Origin: Octopus vulgaris
Taxonomy: Eukaryota
DNA length: 64,000 nucleotides
Assembly: GCA_951406725.2 (NCBI GenBank)
Contig: OX597823.1
Coordinates: 101,866,001-101,930,000, forward strand
Reading direction: 5' to 3'
Shown: one piece after another, positions 1-13,105 of the stretch
How positions within the stretch are numbered: the first letter of the stretch is position 1
Layout: every line of letters begins with the position of its first letter
Program-made: the position numbers and the translations under genes
The notes under the pieces: model-generated
Seen by the model: only the letters and a program-made list of their open reading frames with translations
Told to the model about the DNA's origin: nothing
The model's database searches: none

Positions 1-600
1 CCTCCTAAAAACCTGATGCAAATTTATTGAAATATCTTTCTCCACTCAATATCAGTGGGTGTCTTTCTTTAAGACACAAAATGATGGTAGAACAATATAA
101 ACGAAGTTAAATTTTTTAATTATTAATTTTAATATCAATAAACCTCACAGTAAGAAAAATATACATATATACAGAAGAATTAGTGAAGAATTAATATTCA
201 AAACAATAGCTCTGTGGTAGTTATTCTAACCATTAAAAACACATTATCACCATTTCAGATCCAGTTTCCATGATGGCATGAGTTACACTTTTATTTTATT
301 GTGTTGCATTATGATGACACTATATATATTGGTACCTGATATTGGGTAAAGTGTAACAAGGTCTTACATGTGAAAGTGAATGGTGTGTTCTTTTAATCGT
401 AACAGAAGATATCAAATCAAATCACTTGTAACTCAAGAATATATCTATATTACACACACACACACACACACTCATATACTAGTTTTATAAATCAAAACAT
501 TCAATTAACTAGAAATTATATGCTATTAAAAAGAATTGCAGGAAGAAAATTATAAGGCAAAAATAATTCTTTGACAAAAGAAAAGCAACCAAATATTCTC

Positions 601-743
601 TTAAATAACAACTTCCTCATTGTCAATTAATGGAACATGACTGGTCTGATTCTTCTGGCGTTTCCAAATGATGAAGGCCACCAAGATGATGGTAGCAAGC
701 AGAACAGCAGCTCCAACAGATAATCCTGTGATAAGGGCACTAT
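601..743 (-). CDS. Gene A exon 9: transmembrane helix and short cytoplasmic tail, stop TAA
   Basis: Acceptor ttgttttacag|; SALITGLSVGAAVLLATIILVAFIIW-KRQK-NQTSHVPLIDNEEVVI*. Candidate AATAAA signals on the minus strand near 289-300. Confidence 0.85.
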
Positions 744-797
744 CTGTAAAACAAAGAAAATACATTGAGAGAGAGGGGGGAGAGAAAGGGGGAGAGG

Positions 798-847
<50 letters not shown>

Positions 848-1855
848 AGGAGGGGCATTTATGGGGACAGAAAAATGGCATTATATGAGGGAATATCAAG
901 GCAATACAGAATTAGAATTGTATCTTGAATAAAACAAACAATAAAATTCGACACGTAAGGTTTCTTGTTTTGCAGATTTAAGCCAATGATTTGGGGACCA
1001 CAAATGTTTTTGCTCATTTACTTATCAACATTAATCAGCAAGAGATAAAAGTGATCATTATTATCATCATTTGAACATCCACTTTCCTATGCATACCTGG
1101 GTCAGACGAAATTAATTGAGGCAGATTTTCTAAAGCTGAATGCCCTACCCATCACCAACCTCAGCAATTTATTTCCCCTAGTCTTTCAAACACAAAGCAG
1201 CACAGTAACTGGACATGTTTCCATAGAAGATTGCAAAAGAGAAATGCCACTTGTATAATCTTTTATCTTTCACTTGTTTCATTCACTGGACTTCAGTAAT
1301 GATGGAACACCATCCTGAAGGGTTTAATTAACCAAATCAACCCCCTGTACTCACTTTCTAAGCCTGGTATTTATCTTATCAGTATCAAGACTCTAAGCTA
1401 TGATGACATAAACAAACCCAAACCAGCTGTCAAATGGTAGTGAGAGACAATCAAAACACAATGACACACACATACAGGAAAGACTTCTTTTAGATTCCTT
1501 CTATGAAATTCATTCACAAGGCTTTGGTCAGCCCAGGTCTGTAGCAGAAGACACTTGCTGAAGGTTCCAAGCAGTGCAGATACTGATATTTTGTTTACAA
1601 CTAGCGTGCAATGTCAAGAGCAGGTGATATGATTACTCATATAATCACAAATACACATACATACGTACATAAATACAACAAGCTTCTTTCAGTTTCCATC
1701 TATCATAATTTAGAATTCTCATGCTTATGAAAATCCTGACTTGGGCATAAAATATCCTTGACAGGTTAAACAATCATACGACACTGATGGTAATATTTGA
1801 AAATAGGACATTACATCAGTTAATAACAGAGAAATCTTCTTAATAAAATACTTGC

Positions 1856-1948
1856 TTTTCACTGTTGAACTCGCAACGTTTTCTGTCAAGAGAGGAGCAC
1901 CAGTATTCTGTATCAAATAGTCAGGATGATGCATTGATCTGGAAGATG
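1856..1948 (-). CDS. Gene A exon 8 (juxtamembrane stalk), probable GC donor
   Basis: Acceptor ttcttctccag|. The frame-compatible donor at the end of the coding-like stretch is A|gcaagt; 93 nt, phase 1-1. Confidence 0.6.
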
Positions 1949-2987
1949 CTGGAGAAGAAATGAAAAGAGAAAATATGATCATTAAAATTTTGGTAAAAAT
2001 TAAATTAACGAGGAGTACATTAACTCTTTTGATACCAACCTGTCTGAAACTGCCTCTAATTCTATGACAAATTTTTTGCCTTAAAATTATCTAAAATTAA
2101 GACCTTCCATCAAAATTTTAAACCAATTTATGTTCTAAACACCAGTTGAATAACAATAGTTATTTTGCTAAATTGTTCATTATTTTCAAAATAAATTATA
2201 CTAAGTGTTAGCTTTGATAAACTGCATATTAGAACATGAGAAAATAATTAAAGTGATTTTTTTTTCTTTTGCTGAAACATCGCAGATTTGACACTATCAT
2301 TTAAAGTGGTAATATCTGGCCCAAATATTCTGTCTTATGTTCAAACATGTCCGATCCAATCTCTCACACCAACACTATAATGCCATTCTAAGAATAAACA
2401 ACCACATCACTGAAATCTGGAAGCTACAAGATAATGTATAATTTATTCAAAACACTGTATCAACTGTCACAAATTGAGAGAGAAGAGACATTATTTTATA
2501 TGCCAGAAAATAAAGCAACCTCTTGAAGCATTACCCATGGGTCCAGATCCCTATTCTATTTCCACTGATATCATCGTATGATCATGATTATTGACACTAC
2601 TATGAACGGTAGAACAACAAATATCTTTGTTATCCTCAACTAAAGTTTGTCTGGGAACTTGCAACAGAGTGAAGGCGCTCACAAAGTGAAAGTTATCTTA
2701 TATATTAAAAGGCAATATGTCTGTGTGTTGTGTGAACCACTTCTACTCTTACAATTTCCAACTGAATTTCACCAAATTCTACAACTTCGAAAGAAGTCTG
2801 TCCTATATATATATATTCCATATGCATTCCAAAACCGAGTTATTGATTTTGATGTATGGAGTATCAAAAGATTCAATACTATTTCAGCTACAAATTAAAC
2901 TTCATCGTCATTCACATATTTGCATTTAAAAAATTTAACATCATAATCTTTTCCATAAATCAACTACTGTAAACATTTTATACAATG

Positions 2988-3357
2988 ACTAACCCTATGA
3001 CCTGGCAATGCCAAGTCATAGTGCTAGTGCATGCATATACAGCTGCGTGCGTGCGCACATACACGCAAGTACTGTCCAAATCTCTGACCAATCACATACA
3101 GCTAGCTGGCATTCAATTGGCGTATCAAGTTTCGGGCATTTTGATTGGGTTTTGGATAGAAAATTCACAAAAATGTCACTTCTATTGATTTTTTTAATGG
3201 CCTTGCAGGGTGACTGGGGAAATGTAAAGATGTGCACGACCACCCTTGGACGGTTTTGAATGACCATAGAAAGTGCGAGCCCTCTAACTGAAAAATTGTG
3301 GATTTGTATAAAGGATACACACACACACACAGACAGACATTTTGCCATATAGAGATG
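2988..3357 (-). mobile_element. Non-autonomous Helitron/Helentron-like element, copy 1
   Basis: Near-identical to 15438-15797. On the minus strand it ends in a hairpin followed by a CTAG(T)-like terminus and has a (CA/GACA)n tract near the other end. Confidence 0.65.
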
Positions 3358-3917
3358 ACGTCACATTTTCTATAATGTGTGTGTACCTTCAAAGACACAC
3401 ACCTTCACTCACTCACACACACACATACATACATACACACACAAACGTCCATTTCATATGGAGACAGAAAACAAGTTTCTATAGGAGAAGATGAAAGACA
3501 AGGATAGTGGGTGAGAAGTGCTGATGTTTCATACCTTATCTATTTTCTAAGAGAGAGAGTGTGTGTGTGTGTGTGTGCGCACATGCGTATGTTCCTTATG
3601 CATTTGAAAATTGGGTTGCCCCTATAATATTGCTTCACTTTCATTCTTTCACTTTTAATTCTAATGTGATAACATTAAGATCATCTTATTTCTATTATAT
3701 CTGAAATAAATGAATAATTTACATCCTCATTTGAACAACATATGCATCGGCAATTTTCCGTCTTTACAGCCACCACAGCAGAATGGTGTGTCAGTGTAGG
3801 TGATGACTGACATAACAAACGGCTGGAGGTGAAACTCTCGAAAAAAAAACCATGAGGTGGCAGGTCCTAGTTATATAAACATACACATTTACCATTCAAT
3901 GATAACTCTGTCCAAAC

Positions 3918-4660
3918 CGCCATGCAACATGGCTGTTCGCTCATATGTGTCATACAGTCGACCTTTTACTCTGAGCGAGAGGCCTTTTGCCACCAGCAGA
4001 GGTAGGAGCACTCTGAACTTTGTCCAGGCTATTCTTATTCTAGTAGCTACACTCTCAGAGCATCTACCCCTGCTACTGACTTGGTAACGGAAGCTATCAA
4101 CTACTTGTAGGTTTTTTCCCCTAGAATGTGACGGAAGCTGTTCTCTGCGTGTTTTCAGTGTTTATTGCTCCCGAGCATTTGCCATACGCAAAAACTATCT
4201 TCCTTTGATATTGCTGCACCTCTTATGTATCCATAGCTTACACAGGGTACATCTTATGGAATTTCTACCTACACCTTTTCTACAGATTGAACAAGGCCAT
4301 CTACCTGAGGGGATTTGTCTGCCTTCCTACTTATTAAGACTTTGGTTTTTGCTAGGTTGACTCTAAGGCCCTTCAATTCTAGTCCTTGCTTCTACACCTG
4401 AAACTTCTCTAGTTCTGATAGTGACTCAGCTTGGTTTTTGCTAGGTTGACTCTAAGGCCCTTCAATTCTAGTCCTTGCTTCTACACCTGAAACTTCTCCT
4501 CTAGTTCTGATAGTGACTCAGCTATTAGAGCAAGGTCATCAGCATAGAGAAGCTTAAAGGGGCATCCTGTCTTGAATTCCTCTGTTATTGCCGGGATGAC
4601 TATGATGAATAAGCAGGGACTGAGGTCTCATCCTTGGCGAACCCCTACCTGGAATTCTTC
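3918..4660 (-). mobile_element. Degenerate RTE (BovB-like) reverse-transcriptase fragment with an internal ~89-bp tandem duplication (4342-4523)
   Basis: Minus-strand translation gives QVGVRQG, LLYADDLALIAES, GLRVNLAKTK and RIRIAWTKFR-like motifs, broken by stops. Confidence 0.8.
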
Positions 4661-5520
4661 AGCATGATAACATTTTGCCCAGAGCTCCTGTGTAAAGCAA
4701 GAAGCCAGGAAAAACAGTATTTTACACGTTGTTTTCTCTAAAAACTTCAGCAGTTTTAAACCGATTCTCTCCCGACTCTCTCTTTTTCTCATTCTCTGTT
4801 TCTCTTGCTTACACATGTTCTCTCTCACCCTCTCTAATAATTCCTCTCTCTCTCTTTAATTCACTTACTGACTTAAGTCTAAAAACTGACTTCCATGTAT
4901 TTCAATTAGTCATGCGTAAAAATCTCAGCTATGGTTTTCGTATGTTCTCTCTGAAAAATAATTTAGTTATTTAAAATTTTTGTTCACCCAGTGTGTTTAA
5001 ATTCGGTTTTGCCACATCTGCCTAAAAACTGACTTGATTGTATTTCAATTTTGTTGTGCATAAATATCTTTGGCTTTACGGTATTTGTACATTCTCCCTA
5101 CAACATTACTTATTTAAAATGTTTTGCACACCATCTATTTAAATATACTATTTACATTTCTCCCTCAATCAAAAACTGTTGTAGTGCGGTCGTGCATGCG
5201 TACATATGACCGCTATGGGCCACATACAGCCAATAAGCTGAAACCAATAAGATATCAACCATGCCACTGAGCAGTCATGCGTTAGAAAAAGCTATCATAA
5301 AGCAGCTCAAGTTTTTTCCCTCAAGCTTTATACACTCAAATGGAGTTTGTAAGTTCTGTCTACAAATTGTCTTCTTTGTCCGTCTGTCAGCTCCTTACAC
5401 ATTCTCAAAAGGCTCAACCAAATCAAATCTCATGAGTGTCAACGAGTAATTTTTTTTTTCATTTGAATTAAAACAACATAGGCACTGGTTTGGTATTGCG
5501 TGTCAAAAGTGAAAGAATAA

Positions 5521-6286
5521 GATCTATATTATAATGTTATATAAGATTGTTACACTCTTATTCTTTCACTTTTAATTCTACTGAGATAAATAAATGAATA
5601 ATTTATATCCTAATGAGAACAACATTATGCATTGGCAACTTTCTGTCTTTAATGCCATGACAGCAGAACGATGTGTCAGTGTGTGTGTGTTGACTGACAT
5701 AACGAATGGCTGGAGGTGAAACTCTCGACAAAAAACAATGAGGTGACAGGTCCAAAGTACATAAAAATACACATTTACCATTCAATTACCAGTTAATAAT
5801 TATCGCAGCAGTTGCAAGGTTGCAAGGGATTTACAATTTACATATTTACCCTTAAATTAATGGAATCTCAATAGGGAAGGGAGATGAGACTTTCCCAACA
5901 TCAGAGAAGGGTGATGAGACATTCCCAAATGCATGCAGCAGCACATCAGATGGAGTCTCAAGAAAGAAGTAAGATGAGACTTTCTCAAGATCACCAAAGG
6001 CATGCTGCAGCATGTCAGGTGGACTCTGAAGAGAGAAGCAAGATGAAACTTTCTCAAGATCAGCAAAGCCCCCCCCCCCCCGCCAATTTTCCATGACAGG
6101 TTAGGGCCTGAAATATTCCAAACAGACGCATGACATGTTGCTTAGTCGAATTATCCCATCATTTACTCCACAAATGTTTTGCCATCAATGCTGCACTTTC
6201 CTGTATCATCTGTTTCAACAGAACTGTAATATGTATACAAACTATGCCATCTTAATCCCAAGTAATGCCGGGTATCTCTGCTCGTG
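5521..6286 (+). mobile_element. Helitron-derived element with a 69-bp minisatellite (STPR-like 23-aa repeats)
   Basis: 5' atctatatt start; 3' hairpin atccc...gggtat followed by ctgctcgt (decayed CTAGT); internal repeats at 5881-6068. A partial second copy lies at ~3635-3900. Confidence 0.55.
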
Positions 6287-7021
6287 ATAAATCAGGCAAT
6301 GTGTTTGGCCTACCACAGAAAATACAAAAAGACAGTGTAGTCTTTACTGTGACACTAATACAAGAAACATTGCCTTACTGAATTCAGAAACTCCCTTTAC
6401 CTAAAGCTAGTTATTTCCATTTTGGATTGATTAGTAGATTCTAAATGAGCAAGTTGCTTTTGAAGGTTTTCTTTTTCATTTTTTTTTTTTTGAAACATAA
6501 ATTCGTAAAGAACCAGAAGAATGAGCAACAAAAATGAAAAAGAAGACTAGTTCAACAGCTTCTGGATGGCACTGAAGTAAATATTTGAACAACTTTATAT
6601 GCTAATGAAATTTGCTGATCCACGTTGTGAGGTGGGGATTCTTAAGGACATAGTAAGCAACAGCAATACAGAACATATATGGAATTATAATGTTGATAAT
6701 ATTAGCTTGTTTGTTCCACTGTGTCATGTTCATCTGGGATGTGTTATGTGGAAAATATTTGCTTAAGACAGTCAAAACTGCTCACTCAAATTGTCTTCTT
6801 AACCTCTTGACAGAGAAAGCTTTCTTTCTAGAAAGCCATATTACAGTTGAATGAATGTATCTAGTTATTGTAAAAACTGTGGTCCTAGCAAATCTAAAAG
6901 CTCAATTTGCAGTGATGAAGGTATTAATATAAGTAAAGTGCTGAATGTCAATATCTAAACAGTAAAAGATAAATACACATTCACACATATATTATGCAAA
7001 TATAAAAACAGTTCTACTTAC

Positions 7022-7069
7022 CAGACCCTCTAGGCTTTGCAGGCTGTATAGGCCTTTCATATTTGGCAT
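7022..7069 (-). CDS. Gene A exon 7 (48-nt exon, DAKYERPIQPAKPRGS)
   Basis: Acceptor cttttttag|, donor G|gtaagt; symmetric phase 1-1, open frame. Confidence 0.75.
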
Positions 7070-7726
7070 CTAAAAAAGTTAATTTAGTAAAATAATGACA
7101 TTTTTTAGAACTTCTATTTAAGACAAGCTAATAAGAGTCACTATATCGTAGCTCAACCCGTTAGGAATGGCAGCCAATTTTTTTTTCATATTAGATCCTA
7201 TTATCTTAAGAATGGAAAAATACACTAGACAATATAGCCTTAGATGCACAAAAAGACAAGATGGTCACATCTAGAATGTCTTTGGATCATAGACTTGTTC
7301 AATCAATAACAGCAAACAACAACATATTTGTGAAAGTTCTGTAGTCCATTTCAGGTAAGTTGTTGAAAGCTGATGCCGAAAAGTACAGTTGGCAAAGTTT
7401 TTAGGGATCACCAGCATAAGCACATCACGATGATTGTTGGAACTTTGCATTTTTAAGGGATCACAAGCATAGCCCCATACAGATGATCGTAGGCTCACAG
7501 CATTTTAAAGAGGTCACCAATGTAACCCCACAAGATTATTGTAAGCTTACTGCAGTGAACAATACCCTGATCCTAATATTTTATTGCAGAAGATCTTCAA
7601 AATGTTTCATTGACAGTTACTAGGTTCAAATCTTTTCATTGCCCTGGCATGGAAATTAGTAGCACTTCAATCCTACTGGGGCACTCTCGATAGTATAAAG
7701 CAATAGAAAAAAGAAATTTCACTTAC

Positions 7727-7861
7727 CAGATACATCACAGAATCCTGAAAATTGGTTCATCACCAGGTCTGACTGACACTCACATATATTGCTAAAAGTA
7801 CAGGTTTCTTTCGGGTGACAAGAATATGCCGATTTAGGATTGCATGGTTTACCATAGGTGG
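7727..7861 (-). CDS. Gene A exon 6: six-cysteine EB/EGF-like module
   Basis: Acceptor cttgcttccag|, donor G|gtaagt; 135 nt, symmetric phase 1-1; TYGKPCNPKSAYSCHPKETCTFSNICECQSDLVMNQFSGFCDVS with a CxC motif. Confidence 0.85.
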
Positions 7862-7998
7862 CTGGAAGCAAGAAGAAATGAAAATACAAGTGAGATGTGT
7901 GTGAGAAAGAGAGAGACAAACAGACAGACTTAAATGAAAATAGACAATCTTAAACAGAAACGCAGAAGTGCAATATCTAAAGTGATGGTAGTGGTGGA

Positions 7999-8238
7999 AA
8001 GGCGGCGAGCTGGCAGAAACGTTAGCACGCCGGACGAAATGCTTAGCGGTATTTCGTCTGTCATTACGTTCTGAGTTCAAATTCCACCGAGGTCAACTTT
8101 GCCTTTCATCCTTTCGCGGTCGATAAATTAAGTACCAGTTTCGCACTGGAGTCGATGTAATTGACTTTTATCCGTTTGTCTGTCCTTTTTTGTTCCCTCA
8201 GTGTTTAGTCCCATGTGGGTAGTAAAGAAATAGGTATT
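7999..8238 (+). mobile_element. tRNA-derived Meta-domain-type SINE
   Basis: aaggcggcgagctggcagaaacg...gagttcaaattcc...ctttgcctttcatcctttc...gataaattaagtaccag...gaaataggta; other copies at ~26842, 45515, 52440(-), 54838, 55197(-), 56903, 62177. Confidence 0.8.
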
Positions 8239-8314
8239 TGCATAACAATGTAATAATGACAGTATTAATGCAATATTCATAATTATGCTGATAGAGATGG
8301 AAGGTATACTCAAC

Positions 8315-8567
8315 CTGATTTTATGTATTGTATTTTTTGGGAATGAGTCTCTTCACTATGGTGGTGGTGCTGCTGCTGAGGGTGAGGTAGTTCAGGTCGG
8401 CTTGTATGAGAATCGAACACTGGTGCAAGGCATGGCCGAAGTGTAAGGGGCGGTGTTGTCGTGGCACCAGCAGGACATGATGGTAATGTGTATGTATGCT
8501 CTGGAACCACAGGGTATGAAAGGGTATGCCCTGCCATGTTGATTTTAAGCGACACCTTAATTGTGAC
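8315..8567 (-). CDS. Gene A exon 5 (end of N-terminal domain; Thr/Pro/His-rich linker)
   Basis: Acceptor cattttag|, donor CAG|gttgag; 253 nt, phase 0 to 1; matches ORF 8310..8555. Confidence 0.85.
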
Positions 8568-9049
8568 CTAAAATGGGATTAAAAGATAATTCCAGCATAA
8601 GATAAAGCATTAACATAGCAATAATGTTAATATCAAAAACAGAAATCTGAGTCTTGTTGTACTTTGAATTTTTTGTTTTCATTTTGAGTTTCAATTTTCA
8701 AAATAGCAAAACAGAAGGGTTTTCTCTTGTTTCTACCAATTGAATCAAGTCCTTCAACATCAAAATAAATATCAAATGGAAATTGTAGTTATGATAACTG
8801 TGCCGGCAGCACGTAAAAAGCACCATCTGAATGTGGCTGATGCCAGCGCCGCCTTGACTGGCTTCTGTGCCGGTGGCACATGACCTGCTGTGCTTGAGGA
8901 GACCTATTGAGTCAAGTACATCAACAACAATGGAAATGAAGATGTCACAGGACTACTTTATACTTAACCCTCAGTGACACACAACACCTGTACGATACAT
9001 GTATTTAGGAGATCATCAAATATCCACAAGTAGAAATTACTACACTTAC

Positions 9050-9120
9050 CACATGGGGTACAACATCTTTATCATGTGACAATTCTATAAAGAGATACGT
9101 ATTCTGATATATTGACACAT
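9050..9120 (-). CDS. Gene A exon 4 (VSIYQNTYLFIELSHDKDVVPHV)
   Basis: Acceptor ttttttacag|, donor |gtaagt; 71 nt, phase 1 to 0. Confidence 0.85.
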
Positions 9121-10311
9121 CTGTAAAAAATTTAAAGAAAAAAGAGAAACATATATATATATATATATAAAAGTGAATGCATGTATGAAATTGTAAAAAA
9201 AGCAAAAATTTCACAAATGATTCATAATTTAATTCTGTTAATTTAATTAACAGCTGTTTCAACAGTCAGGATACACCCATCATCACCCATATGATGCTCA
9301 AAACAATTGTCTTAACCAATTATATATACACAAATTTATTTCACTTAGCAGCCATGAGGCCTCAGGTTCGATTCCAGTGACCAATATCTTGGGTTAACCC
9401 AGGTATGCTTGTGTATATTGAAGAGTAGCAGAATTAGTGCAGCAAGTAGAATTACCATGGTATTCGGTGCCATCTGGTCACAACCCTTTATATCCAAATC
9501 AACATTGACTTTTACCCTATGAAGTCAACAAATTAAAGAACTAGACAAAGTACAGAAGTCAATACAATCATGATGGTAGGGCTCTAATATGGATTCAATC
9601 CAATGATAAAACAGTAAAACAATAACAACCAATGAAATAGCAGGAATTGTATACTTTGCAGTAGCTTTTTTTTTTATGCCTTTAACCCTTTCAAAATGGA
9701 AGCTACTGCTGCTACTAAAGAAGAAAGTAGACTTTTTACATGATGATCATCATCATCATCACTTAACGTCCATTTTCCATGCTAGCATGGGTTGGATGGT
9801 TCAACCGGGATCTGGGAAGCCAGGAGGCTGCAGTGTTTCTACAGCTGGATGCCCTTCCTAACGCCAACCACTCCGTGAGTGTAGTGATTGCTTTTTACGT
9901 GCCACTGGCACAGGGGCCAGAGGGGGCTAGCAAATGGCCACGATTGGTTGGTGCTTTTATGTGTCACCAACACGGACGCCAGTCAGGCGGTGCTGGCATC
10001 TGCCTTAAAATTCTGTGAAACATTTGAGACCCAATAAAAAAAATTAGGAAACTATCTTCAAATCATCATCATCATCATCATCATCATTTAGTGTCTGCTT
10101 TCCATGCTGGCATGGGTTAGACAATTTGACTGGAACTGGTAAGCTGGAGAGCTGCAACAGGTTCCAGTCTGGTTTGACATGGTTTCTAATGCCAACCACT
10201 CCAAGAGAGTAATGGGTGCTTTTCATGTGCCAGAAGGCATTTTGCCCAGCATGCTAATGATTCTGCCAGCTCACTACCCTAACGACAAAAGAAATATTGA
10301 AGTGTAATTAC

Positions 10312-10462
10312 TTAATTTGTTGTAGAGTCTCTTCTTGAGAGAGTAACTCTTGGCATTGTACTGTAAGTAGACATCCATGGAGAGAGGTGTATCACAGTGA
10401 TTGATTATCGTGCCAAAGCATATGGTATCATTCTGTTTGGTAATGATTCCAGGGGAGAATAT
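10312..10462 (-). CDS. Gene A exon 3 (IFSPGIITKQNDTICFGTIINHCDTPLSMDVY...)
   Basis: Acceptor ttttttcccccag|, donor |gtaatt; 151 nt, phase 0 to 1. Confidence 0.8.
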
Positions 10463-10642
10463 CTGGGGGAAAAAAAAATACATTTCAAACACAAAAATCA
10501 TTAAGACACAATTAATTAGATCTATCTAAAAGTTTTACTTTATTTTCACTGCAAAAGATATTTGTGTGTGTGTGTGAGAGAGAGAACATGTAGTAATTTT
10601 ATTAAAGCAAACTATTTCATCACAGATTTGTATATATGTCAA

Positions 10643-11099
10643 ATCTAAGTAGAGATTTCAAACTTAAAATCTTCAAAGCCACAGTCGAACCAATTCTACT
10701 ATATGGCTCAGAAACCTGGACGTTATCGAAGAAGCTTCAGAGGCGGTTGGATGGAACTTACACTTGTCTCCTTATGAGAGCTCAAAATCTCTCGTGGAAA
10801 CATCATCCAACCAAAGTACAAATATATGGGAAACTACCACCTGTATCATCTCTTGTGAAAGGTAGAAGAGTCCAGTTTGCTGGACATTGTTGTAGAGCTG
10901 AAAATGAGGTAATTTCTACTCTTCTCCTCTGGAAGCCATCTGCTTGTGGCACCAGAGGGCGCACACTCTCCTACCCTGATGTAATCTCCAGGGATACAGG
11001 CATTCAGCAACAGGACCTCTGTAATGCTATGATGGACCGTGAAGTCTGGCGTAACATAGTAAATTCCATTGTCTCGACCACGGTCGAACAATGATGATG
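10643..11099 (+). mobile_element. RTE-clade LINE 3' fragment in intron 2 of gene A
   Basis: PILLYGSETWTL...GHC...DREVWR motifs; (TGA)n tail; TSD atatatgtcaa at 10632-10642 and 11100-11110. Confidence 0.85.
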
Positions 11100-11195
11100 A
11101 TATATGTCAACTTTTTCTGAGAGAGAAGTCTTGTGCTATGGCTGAGATTATCTTCATTTATGTAGTGTTGATCAATTGAAAGACATCTCACTGTA

Positions 11196-11414
11196 CAAGA
11201 GGGTGCTGAAAAGTTTCTGGCTTTAAGGATCTCATGAAAGGCCTAGTAGGAGGCCCAACTTTCTGAGTTTTTTACAGGGCTTAGAAAAACTGAAGGACCA
11301 CTGCAATAAGTGTGTAAATCTGAAATGGGAATATGTTGGATAAAATTATAATTAACTGATTTTCCTGTATTTTTTCTTTTACCCAAAAGCCAGGAACTTT
11401 TTAGCACTCCTTTG
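11196..11414. mobile_element. Mariner-derived MITE
   Basis: Imperfect ~28-bp TIRs (caagagggtgctgaaaagtttctggcttt / aaagccaggaactttttagcactcctttg), preceded by TA. Confidence 0.6.
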
Positions 11415-11899
11415 TTGATAAAAAATGCCAGTCTATCACAGGTTTTGTAAAAATGGGGTGAAGAGATTTGAACTCAGTACTGCTACCTAAGCACGAGTGT
11501 GTTTGTGTGCACATAATGTTCACTGAGAATGTAAACACAACACTGTTGTTTTCAAAGGAGGTGGAGGCTCAGGTTATCTCCTGCAAAGGAGCAGAAATAA
11601 CTTCAGGCATATACACATGTATTTATATATCCCTATATATACACACAATGAGCTCCCACAAAATTTCCATCAACAAATTTCTCTCACAAGGAATTGGTCT
11701 GAGGATAGAGTAGAAGACACTTGTCCAAGGTATTGTTCAGCAGTACTGAACATAAGACCAACACTGATGCAACACAAACTTGTTAATCACACAGCCATGC
11801 ATGCAGTGTTTACTATAAATTATTGCCATTTACTTTCTTGTCGAATAGGAAGGAATATACTGGAAAAATGATGAAAAAAAACGTGAAAATTGAACCAAC

Positions 11900-12063
11900 A
11901 TTTTCTAGAAAGATTCCATGACAATGTACAGCTGTACAAATGTCATTGACATCACAGCTAACTCTCAGCTTATTTCTGACGCTGTTGCGTAGAGCTTGAC
12001 GGATACTGCAGTTATCAGCATCTGCATTTCCATGGACGAACAAGGGCAGAAGTATGCAGGTAA
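11900..12063 (-). CDS. Gene A exon 2 (rest of signal peptide; Cys-rich domain VSCDVNDICTAVHCHG)
   Basis: Acceptor ttattttccag|, donor |gttggt; 164 nt, phase 1 to 0, open frame matches ORF 11813..12133. Confidence 0.8.
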
Positions 12064-12254
12064 CTGGAAAATAATCCAAAGGGTCATAAGAGAAGGTTAT
12101 GAAATATTTCAGGTGGGAAAAATAAGAGTACAAGAGACTTCAGACAGGCTTGCATCCAAAAGTAATTTATCAGTTAGAAAACAAAGCAACAAGATACAAT
12201 TATGATATTGCAAAACAAAGTAGCAAAAGGAGAGACCCACACATGTGCGTGTGT

Positions 12255-12287
<33 letters not shown>

Positions 12288-12659
12288 GGGGAAGTGAGAG
12301 AGAGAGAGAGAGAAAGAGAGAGGAGGAAGTGAGAGAGAGAAAGTGAGAGAGAAAGAGAGAGGGGGAAGTGAGAAAGAAAGAGAGGGGGAAGTGAGAGAGA
12401 GAGAGAGGGGGAAGTGAGAGAGAAAGAGAGAGAGGGGGAAGTGAGAGAGAGAGAGTGAAAGAGAGAGGGGGAAGTGAGAGAGAGAGGAAGCAATTATAAA
12501 ACAAAATCCAACATGCAGTGAGACTGAACCCACATGGCTGAGAAACACGCTTCTAAACCACACAGCAATGCCTGTGCCTTGAGTGAAATATATTAATTCA
12601 AATGCATAGAGCGCTCCATACTAATCAACAGTTTATAGCTTATCATGGTAACACAATTA

Positions 12660-13105
12660 GCTGTGGCGGTAGTTGCTCCAAAATATAGTAAATTTTATTC
12701 TAAAGAGCAATAGCATGTATGGTGGAAAGAATTTAGAGAACTGTTACCTTCTCTCTAGATTGTAAGACATATTACATGGGAGTAAAATATTGGTATTGAA
12801 TGCAGAGGACATGCAAAGGCTAGAGAGTAATGAGGGATGCCTGCGATGCTGGATGTGTAAGTTTAGTGTACATGAACGACAGAACACAGATGGGTTGAGA
12901 GATAAACTAAATACAATAGGAATTAGATGTAGAATTTAAGATAGAAGACTGCCACTGGTATGGACGTGTGAAGCAGATAGAGAATGATGGCTGGATTTTA
13001 CAAGTGCCAAACAAACTGAAGTGGATATTGAACTTGTGGAAGACGAAGACTAAGGAAAGGATGGGCAGAAATGGAGAGCTGATGCCAGGACGCTGAACCT
13101 CATGA
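12660..13105 (+). mobile_element. Highly degenerate RTE-type LINE 3' fragment
   Basis: Remnant peptides (AWWKEFRELLP, LRCWMC, HWYGRV) of the same RTE family, with many disablements. Confidence 0.5.

Noticed and set aside
12109-12563. ORFs made of SL/ER, YI, CV/HT and LSIY repeats here and elsewhere (e.g. 33298, 37423, 51088, 58532, 59558)
   Set aside because: Translations of microsatellites.
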